From positions 32,103 to 96,102 of the forward strand of contig JAQWHT010000114.1 in the NCBI GenBank assembly GCA_029249225.1: a stretch of 64,000 nt of DNA, written 5' to 3'. Positions 19,113 to 28,251 of this stretch are shown in pieces (the first letter of the stretch is position 1; every line of letters begins with the position of its first letter). The stretch comes from Flavobacteriaceae bacterium. GTDB taxonomy: Bacteria; Bacteroidota; Bacteroidia; Flavobacteriales; Flavobacteriaceae. Made by a program: the position numbers and the translations under genes. Under the pieces are notes generated by a model. That model saw nothing but the letters and a program-made list of their open reading frames with translations. It searched no databases and had not been told where the DNA came from.

Positions 19113-19976
19113 ATGGCTAACCTCAAGGAAATTCGGAATAGAATAGCATCAGTTTCATCAACTATGCAGATTACCAGTGCCATGAAAATGGTCTCTGCTG
19201 CTAAATTGAAGAAGGCACAAGATGCCATTACGGCTATGCGGCCATACGCTGATACCTTGACAGAATTAATACAAAATCTAAGCAGTACCTTAGAAGGAGA
19301 TAGCCAAAATCCCTATACTCAAATACGAGACAAAAAAAAGACATTGATTGTATGTATTACCTCCAATAGAGGCTTATGTGGTGCTTTCAATGCCAACATC
19401 ATTAAAAAAACTAGACAGTTAATTACAGAAGAGTTTGCAGGACAAGATGTTCGTCTGATTACTATTGGAAAAAAAGGTTCTGAGGGACTGAATAAAACAG
19501 GAAAAATCAGTTCTGTTCATGACAATGTGTTTGATGATTTAACTTATGAAAATGCAGGAAAAATCGCACAAATCATAATGAATCAATTTGCTGGTGGAGA
19601 GATAGACGAAGTGGTACTCGTTTATAACCGATTTAAAAATGCCGCTACTCAAAACGTTCAAGTTGAACCCTATCTACCCATTGTTTCTGATTCTCAAGAC
19701 ACAGAGACAAGCAGTGCAGATTATATTTTTGAGCCTTCAAAATCTGACATCGTAAACGAACTATTACCAAAGTCACTGAAAATGCAACTTTATAAAGCAA
19801 TACGAGATTCTTTTGCAAGTGAGCATGGCGCACGGATGACTGCAATGCACAAGGCTACTGATAACGCAACAGAACTGCGAGACCAGCTCAAATTGACTTA
19901 TAATAAAGCAAGACAAGCAGCAATCACTAACGAAATTTTAGAGATTGTTGGGGGAGCAGAAGCTCTTAATGCTTAG
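19113..19976 (+). CDS. atpG: F0F1 ATP synthase subunit gamma
   Basis: N-terminal MANLKEIRNRIASV..T.QIT.AMKMVSAAKL and C-terminal ITNEILEIVGGAEAL. atpD/atpC are absent here, as is usual in Bacteroidota. Confidence 0.95.
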   Translation: MANLKEIRNRIASVSSTMQITSAMKMVSAAKLKKAQDAITAMRPYADTLTELIQNLSSTLEGDSQNPYTQIRDKKKTLIVCITSNRGLCGAFNANIIKKTRQLITEEFAGQDVRLITIGKKGSEGLNKTGKISSVHDNVFDDLTYENAGKIAQIIMNQFAGGEIDEVVLVYNRFKNAATQNVQVEPYLPIVSDSQDTETSSADYIFEPSKSDIVNELLPKSLKMQLYKAIRDSFASEHGARMTAMHKATDNATELRDQLKLTYNKARQAAITNEILEIVGGAEALNA

Positions 19977-20068
19977 CTTATTTAGCTAGAGGAATGTTAA
20001 TTTTTTTTTGGATTGTTTCTTGGCGACAAAATGTATATTTTTAATGGATAATTAAACGCTGTTGAAAA

Positions 20069-20671
20069 ATGAAAATGAAATTATTACAAGGAATTTTGGT
20101 AATGTCCATCCCGCTTTTATTGCTACAGTGCAGTAAAGAGAATGAGGTAGAGGTAGAACCAGTAGCAGAAGAAGAACCTGCAGCCAACATCATTACTGAT
20201 CCTTTTTATGCGGATCTTAATGATAAAAGTACATTATTAGATTATTGGGAACTATTTGTTAAGGATGCCATCCGATCTGGAAAACCTGATCCGGGAGCCG
20301 GACGGGTAGTTTCTGTTTTTTTTGGTAATGAGCCAGATTTTGCTTCTGGGGTTACTGCTGACCATGCAGGAAGGGCGTTTAATATTTGTGACGAGGGTAC
20401 TGTAAGTTTTGAAATTATTAAATCTTTCTGGGAAGATTTTTCAATACCTCAAAGACTCTACACCTTTTATCACGAAGCGGGCCATGCTAGATATAAATAT
20501 CGCCATCCTTGTGAATCGTTTGAATGCACAGCGCTCCCAGAAGATACTCCTATTATGTGGCTTTCCGTTCCCTCAGCGAATACACCCTTCGAAAATTTTT
20601 TAGCGGATAAAGAGAATTTTTTTAAGCGCAGGTGGGATGGTGTACGTTATTTTAACTGTGAACAAAATTAA
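20069..20671 (+). CDS. Cys-rich lipoprotein with an HExxH motif (putative zinc metallohydrolase)
   Basis: Lipobox LLLQCS, a single HEAGH motif (YHEAGHARY) and several Cys in the C-terminal half. No family recognised. Confidence 0.4.
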   Translation: MKMKLLQGILVMSIPLLLLQCSKENEVEVEPVAEEEPAANIITDPFYADLNDKSTLLDYWELFVKDAIRSGKPDPGAGRVVSVFFGNEPDFASGVTADHAGRAFNICDEGTVSFEIIKSFWEDFSIPQRLYTFYHEAGHARYKYRHPCESFECTALPEDTPIMWLSVPSANTPFENFLADKENFFKRRWDGVRYFNCEQN

Positions 20672-20694
20672 ACTCCAAGCCTTCCATTTTCTAG

Positions 20695-21150
20695 ATGATC
20701 CTACACTCTCAATTTCAAGAAATTGTTTTATGTTGGCTAGCAACAGCCAATAAAAACGGGATACCAAATGTGTCCCCAAAAGAAATGTTTTTGCTGAAGA
20801 AGGAGCATCAATTGATCATTGCGAATATTCGCTCTCCCAAGAGTATCATGAATATTTTCGAAAATCCAAAAGTATGCGTCAATGGCATCAATATTTTTAA
20901 GCAAAAGGGGATTCAATGCAAAGGAGAAGTTAAGGTTTTAAGTCCACAAGACTTTAAATTTAAACAACTGGAGAATGACTTCAGATTTCTCAACAAAGGG
21001 CGCTTCAGAATTCAACACTTTATTCTCGTCAATATTCAAGAAGTTAAAAAAATGAATGCACCAAGTTATTTTTATTATCCTAACACCGAACAAAACGAAC
21101 AAGTTGAAGCTGCAAAAAAGTGTTATTTATTACGAAGTTTTAATGACTAA
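20695..21150 (+). CDS. pyridoxamine 5'-phosphate oxidase-like FMN-binding split-barrel protein
   Basis: The N-terminal pattern WLATANKNGIPNVSPKE...ANIRSPKS resembles PNPOx-like/general stress protein 26 families. Confidence 0.5.
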   Translation: MILHSQFQEIVLCWLATANKNGIPNVSPKEMFLLKKEHQLIIANIRSPKSIMNIFENPKVCVNGINIFKQKGIQCKGEVKVLSPQDFKFKQLENDFRFLNKGRFRIQHFILVNIQEVKKMNAPSYFYYPNTEQNEQVEAAKKCYLLRSFND

Positions 21151-21159
21151 AAAACGACG

Positions 21160-21516
21160 ATGATTGATTTTTCAGAGTATACAGTTTTACTAATACTAGT
21201 AACAGCGGGTTTGATCTTTTTCATAGCAGCTTGGATTCAGGCAAAGTATCCACCAAAAAAAATAAATCACTTTTACGGTTTCAGAACCAAGACTTCTATG
21301 AAAAGTCAAGAGATTTGGGATTTTGCACAGCAGTATTCAGCTGAGAAAATGAAACGTTGTGGATTGTTTTTGATTTTAATTGGAATCGCCTCTGCTGTTT
21401 TTTCAATGAACGGGATGGTTATAATTTGGGCTGGACTTTCAATTGTAGTACTCGCTCCTATTTATACAATTATTCAGGTTGAAAAAAAATTAAAGGAGAA
21501 GTTTACAAGAAGCTGA
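21160..21516 (+). CDS. SdpI/YhfL-like membrane protein
   Basis: 118 aa with three TM segments and a YGFRTKTSMKSQEIWDFAQ motif typical of the SdpI family. Confidence 0.5.
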   Translation: MIDFSEYTVLLILVTAGLIFFIAAWIQAKYPPKKINHFYGFRTKTSMKSQEIWDFAQQYSAEKMKRCGLFLILIGIASAVFSMNGMVIIWAGLSIVVLAPIYTIIQVEKKLKEKFTRS

Positions 21517-21606
21517 TCTTTAGTTGATAAAAGTTCGAAATATTTTAAAGATGAGGGAATTTTGCCTAGCGGTATTTTGTATTTTTAGAAATAAAATCAG
21601 AAATAA

Positions 21607-22044
21607 ATGATAGCAGTTTTAGTTCAAAATGAAAGCAAATTTGATCTGCCCTCTTACGCGACTAAAGCCTCTGCGGGAGCAGATTTAAAGGCTGTATTAG
21701 ACGACCCACTTGAGCTTGGACCCTTGGAAAGAAAAATAGTCCCTACAGGGCTTAAAATAGCTCTCCCAGAAGGATACGAAGCTCAAGTTAGACCTCGAAG
21801 TGGACTTGCTTCAAAACATGGAATAACCGTACTGAACGCACCAGGGACTATAGATGCAGACTACAGAGGTGAAATAGGGGTAATTTTAGTTAATCTATCG
21901 AATACTGCTTTTACCATACACCCAGGAGAACGGATTGCACAGTTGGTTGTCGCAAAATTTGAACAGATTGACTGGTTGCCAACTCAACAATTATCCAAAA
22001 CGGAAAGAGGTGAAGGAGGATTTGGGAGTACAGGGAAGGAGTAG
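21607..22044 (+). CDS. dut: dUTP diphosphatase
   Basis: Motifs [27 protein letters not shown] and C-terminal [10 protein letters not shown]. Confidence 0.95.
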   Translation: MIAVLVQNESKFDLPSYATKASAGADLKAVLDDPLELGPLERKIVPTGLKIALPEGYEAQVRPRSGLASKHGITVLNAPGTIDADYRGEIGVILVNLSNTAFTIHPGERIAQLVVAKFEQIDWLPTQQLSKTERGEGGFGSTGKE

Positions 22045-22104
22045 CCTTTTGTTTTTAGTTTGAGTGTAAAATACAAAATCAAATCGTTTTAAAAATCTAA
22101 ATAA

Positions 22105-23121
22105 GTGAAAATCATTGTTCCAATGGCTGGAAGGGGTTCGCGGTTGAGACCTCACAGTTTAACAATACCAAAGCCGTTAATTTCAGTTGCAGGAAGTCCA
22201 ATAGTTCACCAGTTGGTGTTGGAAATTGCTAAAGTGGTCGAAACACCAATAACGGACATAGGATTCATTCTAGGAGACTCTGCCTTTTTCGGACCAGAAG
22301 TAGAAAAATCATTAGTTGACTTAGCTGAAGGCTTAGGCGCAATACCACACTTGTTTAGACAAGAGCAACCCCTAGGAACAGGGCATGCCATAATGTGTGC
22401 TGCAGAAATTTTAAAAGGCCCCACGGTAGTTGCCTATGCTGATACTTTAATACGAGCGAACTTAACGTTGGATCCTGATGCAGATGCAGTGATTTGGGTA
22501 AAGCAAGTTGATTCACCTGAAGCATTTGGAGTCGTAGAACTCGATGATCAAAACACCATAGTAAACTTGGTCGAAAAACCACAAACCTTTGTTTCTGACA
22601 AAGCGGTCATTGGGATCTACTATTTTAAAGAGATCGCGCACCTAAAGGATGCTTTGGAAAAAGTAGTTTCACAAAAGCTGCAAGCAGGGGAAGAATATCA
22701 AATTAATGAGGGAATATTGGCCATGATGGAAGAGGGAGCAATTTTTAAACCTGGAAATGTTTCAGCTTGGATGGATTGTGGAAACCCTCAAGTTACAATT
22801 CAGACTAATAGTGAAATGTTAATGATCAAAGCTGCTGAGGGCGAAAATCTTGTTCACCCTTCAGCAACAGTTGAAAATAGTACTGTAATTCCTCCTTGTT
22901 TCCTTGGTGAAAATGTAGTAATTAAAGACAGTATAATAGGGCCTCATGTGACTATTGGAACGGGCACAAAAATTGAAAAATGTGAATTAAAAAACAGCCT
23001 AATTCAAAATAATAGTGTGATTCAGCAATTGGATTGTTCAAATGCGATGATAGGAAATAATGTACATTATAATGGAAACCATACCTTTGTAAGTATAGGG
23101 GATTATTCCGAGTTAAAATGA
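22105..23121 (+). CDS. sugar-phosphate nucleotidyltransferase with C-terminal left-handed beta-helix
   Basis: GTG start. PMAGRGSRLRP...PKPL nucleotide-binding loop and a hexapeptide-like C-terminus. Confidence 0.75.
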   Translation: MKIIVPMAGRGSRLRPHSLTIPKPLISVAGSPIVHQLVLEIAKVVETPITDIGFILGDSAFFGPEVEKSLVDLAEGLGAIPHLFRQEQPLGTGHAIMCAAEILKGPTVVAYADTLIRANLTLDPDADAVIWVKQVDSPEAFGVVELDDQNTIVNLVEKPQTFVSDKAVIGIYYFKEIAHLKDALEKVVSQKLQAGEEYQINEGILAMMEEGAIFKPGNVSAWMDCGNPQVTIQTNSEMLMIKAAEGENLVHPSATVENSTVIPPCFLGENVVIKDSIIGPHVTIGTGTKIEKCELKNSLIQNNSVIQQLDCSNAMIGNNVHYNGNHTFVSIGDYSELK

Positions 23122-23900
23122 AATGCCACAACAACATCTTTGGATTATGCATCATCGGGACATTGATTTTGTTCTCAGCGTGTAAATCAGTAGCAGTTCT
23201 TCCTACTAAAACCCCAGTAAAAAAAGTAAATGTTTCTGCTCTTGCCACTAAAATCAAATCCGGCTACCCAAAGATCAACAAACTTCGCTCTAGGATAAGG
23301 GCAGTGTATGACGATGGAAAGAGACAGCAACAAGTTATCATTCAATTACGAATGGAGTCTCAACAAAAAATTTGGATGAGCGCGTCTATGGTTATTCCTA
23401 TCGCAAAGTTATTGATCACCAAGCAAGGAGTATCATTCTATGAAAAATTTCAGAAAAATTTTTTTGAAGGGGCCTTTGAACTAATTAACGCTCCCTTCAA
23501 TACAGCGTTTAATTTTAATGACGTAGAAAATCTTTTATTGGGAAAACCCTTTTTAGATCCAACAGTTGGAAGATGGAAGCAGATCTCGAATCCTCAATAT
23601 TATATCCTAATTCCGCAAGGAAGAAAAGCAGGTTTACAGCCTACTTTATTTTTCGATCCAACAACTTTTTTGCTCAAAGAACAACGGTTTTTGATTCCGC
23701 AATCTTTACAAACATTAACAATAAAATATAAAAATCATCAACGAATGCATGGAGAATATCTACCGCAAGAAATTGAAATTGCACTCGTGGATGGAGAAAA
23801 TATCCGAAAGGTTTCTTTAGAGTTTACAAGGACTGACTTACCGAACACTCTATATTTTCCATTTGCAATACCTGAGGGCTACAAGCAAATTTCTTTTTAA
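23118..23900 (+). CDS. DUF4292-like (LolB-fold) lipoprotein
   Basis: Lipobox FSACKS, 260 aa, ATGA overlap on the upstream side. The family name is from recollection of the conserved flavobacterial neighbourhood. Confidence 0.5.
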   Translation: MKCHNNIFGLCIIGTLILFSACKSVAVLPTKTPVKKVNVSALATKIKSGYPKINKLRSRIRAVYDDGKRQQQVIIQLRMESQQKIWMSASMVIPIAKLLITKQGVSFYEKFQKNFFEGAFELINAPFNTAFNFNDVENLLLGKPFLDPTVGRWKQISNPQYYILIPQGRKAGLQPTLFFDPTTFLLKEQRFLIPQSLQTLTIKYKNHQRMHGEYLPQEIEIALVDGENIRKVSLEFTRTDLPNTLYFPFAIPEGYKQISF

Positions 23901-25117
23901 TGAGAAAGATCCTTCTCTTGGTGCTACTTTTTTCGCTTGGAACGGAAACTGTTTTAAGCCAGACATCAGCTAAACGACAACAAGAGCTCGAAGCTCAAAG
24001 ACTTCGATTAAAGAAAGAGATCAAGCAGATTAATAATTTACTTTTTTCAAATAAAAAAACTCGAAAAAATGTGGTGACTGAAGTAGAGGATTTGCAGGTA
24101 AAGTTAAATGTCAGAGAAGAATTGATTAAAGTCACAAATGCCCAAGTAAATTTACTGACTCGCAAGATAAACCTAAACCAAAGAAATATTAGCTCACAGC
24201 GAAAGGAATTGGAAGAATTAAAAGCGGATTATGCAAAAATGATTCAATATTCCTATGCTAGCAAGTCACTTCAAAATAGATTAATGTTTCTCTTTTCTTC
24301 TGAAAGTTTTCTTCAGGCATATAAAAGGATACAGTATCTAAAACAATATACTCAATACAGGAGAAAACAAGGTGTTGCCATTGTAGAAAAAACTTTATTG
24401 CTCCAAAAATTGAATAAAACTTTAATTGAAGAAAAGTCAAAAAAGGTAACTTTAGTAAATGAAAATAAGACGGTTCAAGAACAGCTGAAAAAAGAACGGA
24501 TCAACCAGCAAAGTTTGATAAAAAGCCTGAAATTAAAGGCACAAAATTTATCAGCTCAGATCTCTAAAAAAGAACAACAAGCAAGAGCAATTGATCAAGA
24601 AATTGACCGCCTGATTCGGGAAGCCATTGCAGCCTCAAATAAAGCTGCAGGTAAAAGCAGTAAAAAGACATTTGAACTAACACCTGAGGCAAAACTAATT
24701 GCTGCAAATTTTGAAGCGAATAGGGGTCGCCTTCCTTGGCCTTTAGAAAAGGGAATTGTCGTTCAGGGTTTTGGGCGTCAAAAACATCCAGTGGTAAAGA
24801 CAACAACAATACAGAGCAATGGAGTAACAATTGCAACATCACCCTCATCTAAAGTCCGCGCTGTTTTCAAAGGTGAGGTAATGTCAGTAGTCACCTTTAA
24901 AGGGAGTAATCCTTCTGTATTAATTCGACATGGGAATTACATTACTGTCTATAAAAATCTAGGTAAACTTTATGTTAAAAAAGGAGATAAAGTGCAAGCA
25001 AAAGAACCTATTGGTGAAGTTTTTACTAATGAAAATACGGGCAAAACAGAAGTTCAATTTAGTATTTTTAACAATGTTAAAGCGCTCAACCCAAAGGGAT
25101 GGATCTATGAGATGTAG
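23900..25117 (+). CDS. EnvC-like coiled-coil protein with a degenerate LytM/M23 domain
   Basis: A signal peptide is followed by about 250 aa of coiled coil. The C-terminal M23 fold lacks HxxxD and HxH (NGVTIAT..., EVQFSIF in their places). Confidence 0.7.
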   Translation: MRKILLLVLLFSLGTETVLSQTSAKRQQELEAQRLRLKKEIKQINNLLFSNKKTRKNVVTEVEDLQVKLNVREELIKVTNAQVNLLTRKINLNQRNISSQRKELEELKADYAKMIQYSYASKSLQNRLMFLFSSESFLQAYKRIQYLKQYTQYRRKQGVAIVEKTLLLQKLNKTLIEEKSKKVTLVNENKTVQEQLKKERINQQSLIKSLKLKAQNLSAQISKKEQQARAIDQEIDRLIREAIAASNKAAGKSSKKTFELTPEAKLIAANFEANRGRLPWPLEKGIVVQGFGRQKHPVVKTTTIQSNGVTIATSPSSKVRAVFKGEVMSVVTFKGSNPSVLIRHGNYITVYKNLGKLYVKKGDKVQAKEPIGEVFTNENTGKTEVQFSIFNNVKALNPKGWIYEM

Positions 25118-25118
25118 T

Positions 25119-26069
25119 TTATTTTTCCTCTAGATACCAAGCTTCTTCTTTCAAGGTATACTTTAAAAAGTAAAGCATGTTTATAGCTTCTTTTTTGGTT
25201 TCATAACGCCCGTAGGCAACTCTATGAAGACCTTCCACATTATTTCCAATGACTTCGGCAGGGAATCCATCCTGGATGAGTTGGCGCACCTTTTTTTCAG
25301 CATTTTCAATCGATCTAAAAGAGCCTGCGATGACACTAAAGTAAAGTTGTTCATAGAGTTCCTCCTCTGGAGTTGCAACAACATTGACTTCGATAGGATC
25401 GAGTGACCCAAGGTCAAATGTAGCCTCTTGAACATTTTTTTCTATTTGTTGTTGGGCTTTTTCTTGCGCAAGAATCCTTTCTCCAGTGACATACTGATCA
25501 CCAAAATAATAAGAAGCGGATAACAAAGCCACACCAATAATTCCAACTGCAGCATATTTGAGAAGTGGAGACCTTTTTGAACCTGACTCTTTCTTCTCAG
25601 GAGTAAACATTAAATCTTCTTTATTAGAATTTTCCATAAGCTTAGGTATTGTTTTGGTTATCAATGGATCTCTTCTGAACTCGGTCAAGCCAAATGCTTT
25701 GAGATCAAAATTAACTTTTCCCCAAGGGATGAATTCAATTTTTCGAGCAGCATTCAGCCTCAATTCTCCAACACCAGGAAAGCGTAATGTTTGTGTTTGA
25801 AGACGACGCTTCCAACTACTCACTTCCTTTTCAATAAGTCGCAATGCTTGCTCATAGGAAATGGATTCCTTAAGGGCGTAATAGTGGGCTAGTACACCAT
25901 CGTTGGCAGTTAGTAGCTGGTTAAAATTAACTTCTTTATGTGGTGGAGAAAATTGACCTTCTGGAGTCACACGCGCCCCAAATGAGCGGGTTAGAAAAGC
26001 TCCAAAATGGGGAACGGTCACGCACTCATGCTGATATAATAGTTCCTGTATGTAGCGAGTTATTTGCAT
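25119..26069 (-). CDS. HU-like N-terminal domain / TM / C-terminal SPOR domain protein
   Basis: C-terminal SPOR-like FSVIAGSFRSIENAEKKVRQL...HRVAYGRYETKKEA and a central TM segment. ATG 26069 is preferred over TTG 26078. Confidence 0.65.
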   Translation of the reverse strand: MQITRYIQELLYQHECVTVPHFGAFLTRSFGARVTPEGQFSPPHKEVNFNQLLTANDGVLAHYYALKESISYEQALRLIEKEVSSWKRRLQTQTLRFPGVGELRLNAARKIEFIPWGKVNFDLKAFGLTEFRRDPLITKTIPKLMENSNKEDLMFTPEKKESGSKRSPLLKYAAVGIIGVALLSASYYFGDQYVTGERILAQEKAQQQIEKNVQEATFDLGSLDPIEVNVVATPEEELYEQLYFSVIAGSFRSIENAEKKVRQLIQDGFPAEVIGNNVEGLHRVAYGRYETKKEAINMLYFLKYTLKEEAWYLEEK

Positions 26070-26075
26070 TTCATT

Positions 26076-26083
26076 CAAAAGTA
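26076..26083 (-). promoter_or_regulatory. Bacteroidota -7 box (TACTTTTG on minus strand) for the SPOR gene
   Basis: Plus-strand CAAAAGTA lies only 6 nt from ATG 26069, which implies a leaderless or near-leaderless mRNA. Confidence 0.4.
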
Positions 26084-26136
26084 GTAAAATATTGCGATTA
26101 TTTTAACGTGCTCATTCAAATTAAGAATTTATCTTA

Positions 26137-27252
26137 GTGAGCCAACCCCAAGTTATGAAGCGTCTAGAAGCCTGCCTAATTCTTCAAGCTCTTCCAGGAA
26201 TGGGATTACATCGTGCTGTTAGTATGGTTAGTCATTTTGGTTCTGCAGAAGCAGTTTTTGAAGCGTCATTGAACGAGTGGAAACAGGTGGAAGGAATAGG
26301 CGAGAATTTATGTAACCAACTTAGGAAGTGGAAACGGTATCAAATAAAGATTGAACCTATTTTAAAAAGAGTAGCGCAACATAATTTACAAACACTTTTT
26401 TTTGGCACTAATGAATACCCAAAGCCTCTTTCATTTTGCTCTGATGCGCCGTTAACGCTGTATTATCAGGGGAACTTAAATTTTAAAAAAAGAAAGATAA
26501 TCAGCATCGTAGGAACCCGACAAAACACCTCCCAAGGAAAAGATTTTTGTGTCAAATTAATAGAGGCACTCCAACCATTTAATCCTATCATTTGTTCGGG
26601 TTTAGCAAGAGGGATTGATATTATTGCTCACCAAACAGCCTTAAAGTTAGGTATAGAAACCGTAGCTTGTCTTGCTCACGGACTTGAACGAATTTATCCT
26701 CCAGCTCATTTAAATGCTTCAAAATTGATTTGTAAGCAAGGAGGATTGGTAACAGATTTTCTTCCTGATGCACCTTTTCGTAAAGAAAACTTTCCTCGAA
26801 GAAATCGACTAATTGCCGGGATGGCTCATGCTACTGTAGTTATTGAATCTGGAGTCTCTGGAGGGAGTATGAATACCGCCGATTTAGCACATCTTTATGG
26901 GCGTGAACTCTTTGCAGTACCCGGACGTCCTTTAGACCTGAAAAGCAGTGGGTGTCATCAATTGATTACCCAGAATAAAGCTCAACTCCTTTCGGACCCC
27001 AATCAATTGATTGAAGCATTAGCGTGGAAATTAAGTCCACAAAAGCGAGCTGTTCAAAAAGCCCTTTTTCAAACCTTAGACCAGGAGGAACAAAAAGTTT
27101 GTTCACTTTTAACAAAAGCGGGTAAAAGCCCTCTTGACGAAATTGCATTGGAGTTGGGATGGAAAATAAGCACTGCGGCTTCCTTATTGATGCAAATGGA
27201 GATGAAGGGTTTGGTACGAGCCCTGCCTGGAAAACAATTTGAATGGGCCTAA
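26137..27252 (+). CDS. dprA: DNA-processing protein DprA
   Basis: Rossmann-type core GLARGIDIIAHQ, SGGSMNTA and a C-terminal winged-helix tail. The start is GTG 26137 or ATG 26155. Confidence 0.85.
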   Translation: MSQPQVMKRLEACLILQALPGMGLHRAVSMVSHFGSAEAVFEASLNEWKQVEGIGENLCNQLRKWKRYQIKIEPILKRVAQHNLQTLFFGTNEYPKPLSFCSDAPLTLYYQGNLNFKKRKIISIVGTRQNTSQGKDFCVKLIEALQPFNPIICSGLARGIDIIAHQTALKLGIETVACLAHGLERIYPPAHLNASKLICKQGGLVTDFLPDAPFRKENFPRRNRLIAGMAHATVVIESGVSGGSMNTADLAHLYGRELFAVPGRPLDLKSSGCHQLITQNKAQLLSDPNQLIEALAWKLSPQKRAVQKALFQTLDQEEQKVCSLLTKAGKSPLDEIALELGWKISTAASLLMQMEMKGLVRALPGKQFEWA

Positions 27253-28217
27253 TAGCCTACTTTGTCGCGAACTCTTAAAAGTACTTCGTGGGCAACCTTA
27301 CGAGCTTTTTCTGCACCTTTAGCTAGGGCTATATGAACTTCTTCAGGATGCTGGTGGTAGTAATCGAACTGTTCTCGCTCCTTTTCAAAGCGTTCTAAAA
27401 TCAATTCAAAAAGAAGCTGTTTTGCATAGCCATAACCCATTCCGCCAGCTAGATATTTTTCTCGCAAAGCCTGTATAGATGAGTTAGGAGCAATGAGTTT
27501 GTATATAGCAAAAACGTTACAGCTTTCAGGATTTTTTGGATCTTCAAGTGGCGTACTGTCAGTCTTGATTCCCATGATTTGTTTTCGTAACTTTTTCTGA
27601 GGCAAAAAAATATTGATTGTATTATTTCTCGATTTACTCATCTTTTCACCGTCTGTTCCAGGGATGTATTGAGTATCATCTTGAATTTTTGCCTGAGGAA
27701 TCACAAAAGTTTCCCCCATTTGATGGTTAAAACGGTTGGCTACGTCACGTGTGATTTCTAAATGTTGTAATTGGTCTTTACCAACAGGAACAATCTCTGC
27801 ATCATAAAGTAATATATCTGCCGCCATCAACATTGGATACGAAAAAAGTCCCGCATTGATATCGGACAATTGTTCGGATTTATCTTTAAATGAATGCGCC
27901 AAAGTTAGTCTCTGATAAGGAAAAAAACAATTGAGGTACCAAGCAAGTTCAGTAACTTCACTTACATCGCTTTGACGATAAAAGTGAGTTTTATCAATGT
28001 CTAGTCCACAAGCCAACCAAGTAGCTGCCGTAGCAAAGGTATTTTCTCTAAGGGTTTCCCCTTTTTTAATTTGTGTTAAGGAATGCAAGTCAGCAATAAA
28101 AAGAAAAGAATCATCTTGACTGGCCTTGGACAGTCCTATGGCAGGGAGAACAGCTCCTAAGAGATTCCCTAAATGGGGAGTACCCGTTGATTGCACACCT
28201 GTTAAAATTCTAGCCAT
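27249..28217 (-). CDS. trpS: tryptophan-tRNA ligase
   Basis: HIGH-type GTPHLGN and KMSKS motifs, 322 aa. Confidence 0.95.
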   Translation of the reverse strand: MARILTGVQSTGTPHLGNLLGAVLPAIGLSKASQDDSFLFIADLHSLTQIKKGETLRENTFATAATWLACGLDIDKTHFYRQSDVSEVTELAWYLNCFFPYQRLTLAHSFKDKSEQLSDINAGLFSYPMLMAADILLYDAEIVPVGKDQLQHLEITRDVANRFNHQMGETFVIPQAKIQDDTQYIPGTDGEKMSKSRNNTINIFLPQKKLRKQIMGIKTDSTPLEDPKNPESCNVFAIYKLIAPNSSIQALREKYLAGGMGYGYAKQLLFELILERFEKEREQFDYYHQHPEEVHIALAKGAEKARKVAHEVLLRVRDKVGY

Positions 28218-28231
28218 TTAACTATTTTCAA

Positions 28232-28239
28232 CAAAGGTA
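28232..28239 (-). promoter_or_regulatory. Bacteroidota -7 box (TACCTTTG on minus strand) for trpS
   Basis: Plus-strand CAAAGGTA lies 14 nt upstream of ATG 28217. Confidence 0.45.
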
Positions 28240-28251
28240 CGTTTCCTCAAG

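Noticed and set aside
15080-19976. ATP synthase operon lacking atpD and atpC, considered as a deletion or unusual architecture.
   Set aside because: A split atpIBEFHAG operon with atpDC elsewhere is the normal Bacteroidota arrangement.
21160-21516. SdpI-like gene, considered as the immunity half of a toxin/immunity (SdpC-like) system.
   Set aside because: There is no SdpC/SdpAB-like or other toxin candidate adjacent, and the neighbours are housekeeping genes (dut, a PNPOx-like gene). SdpI-family proteins are widespread as stand-alone membrane proteins.
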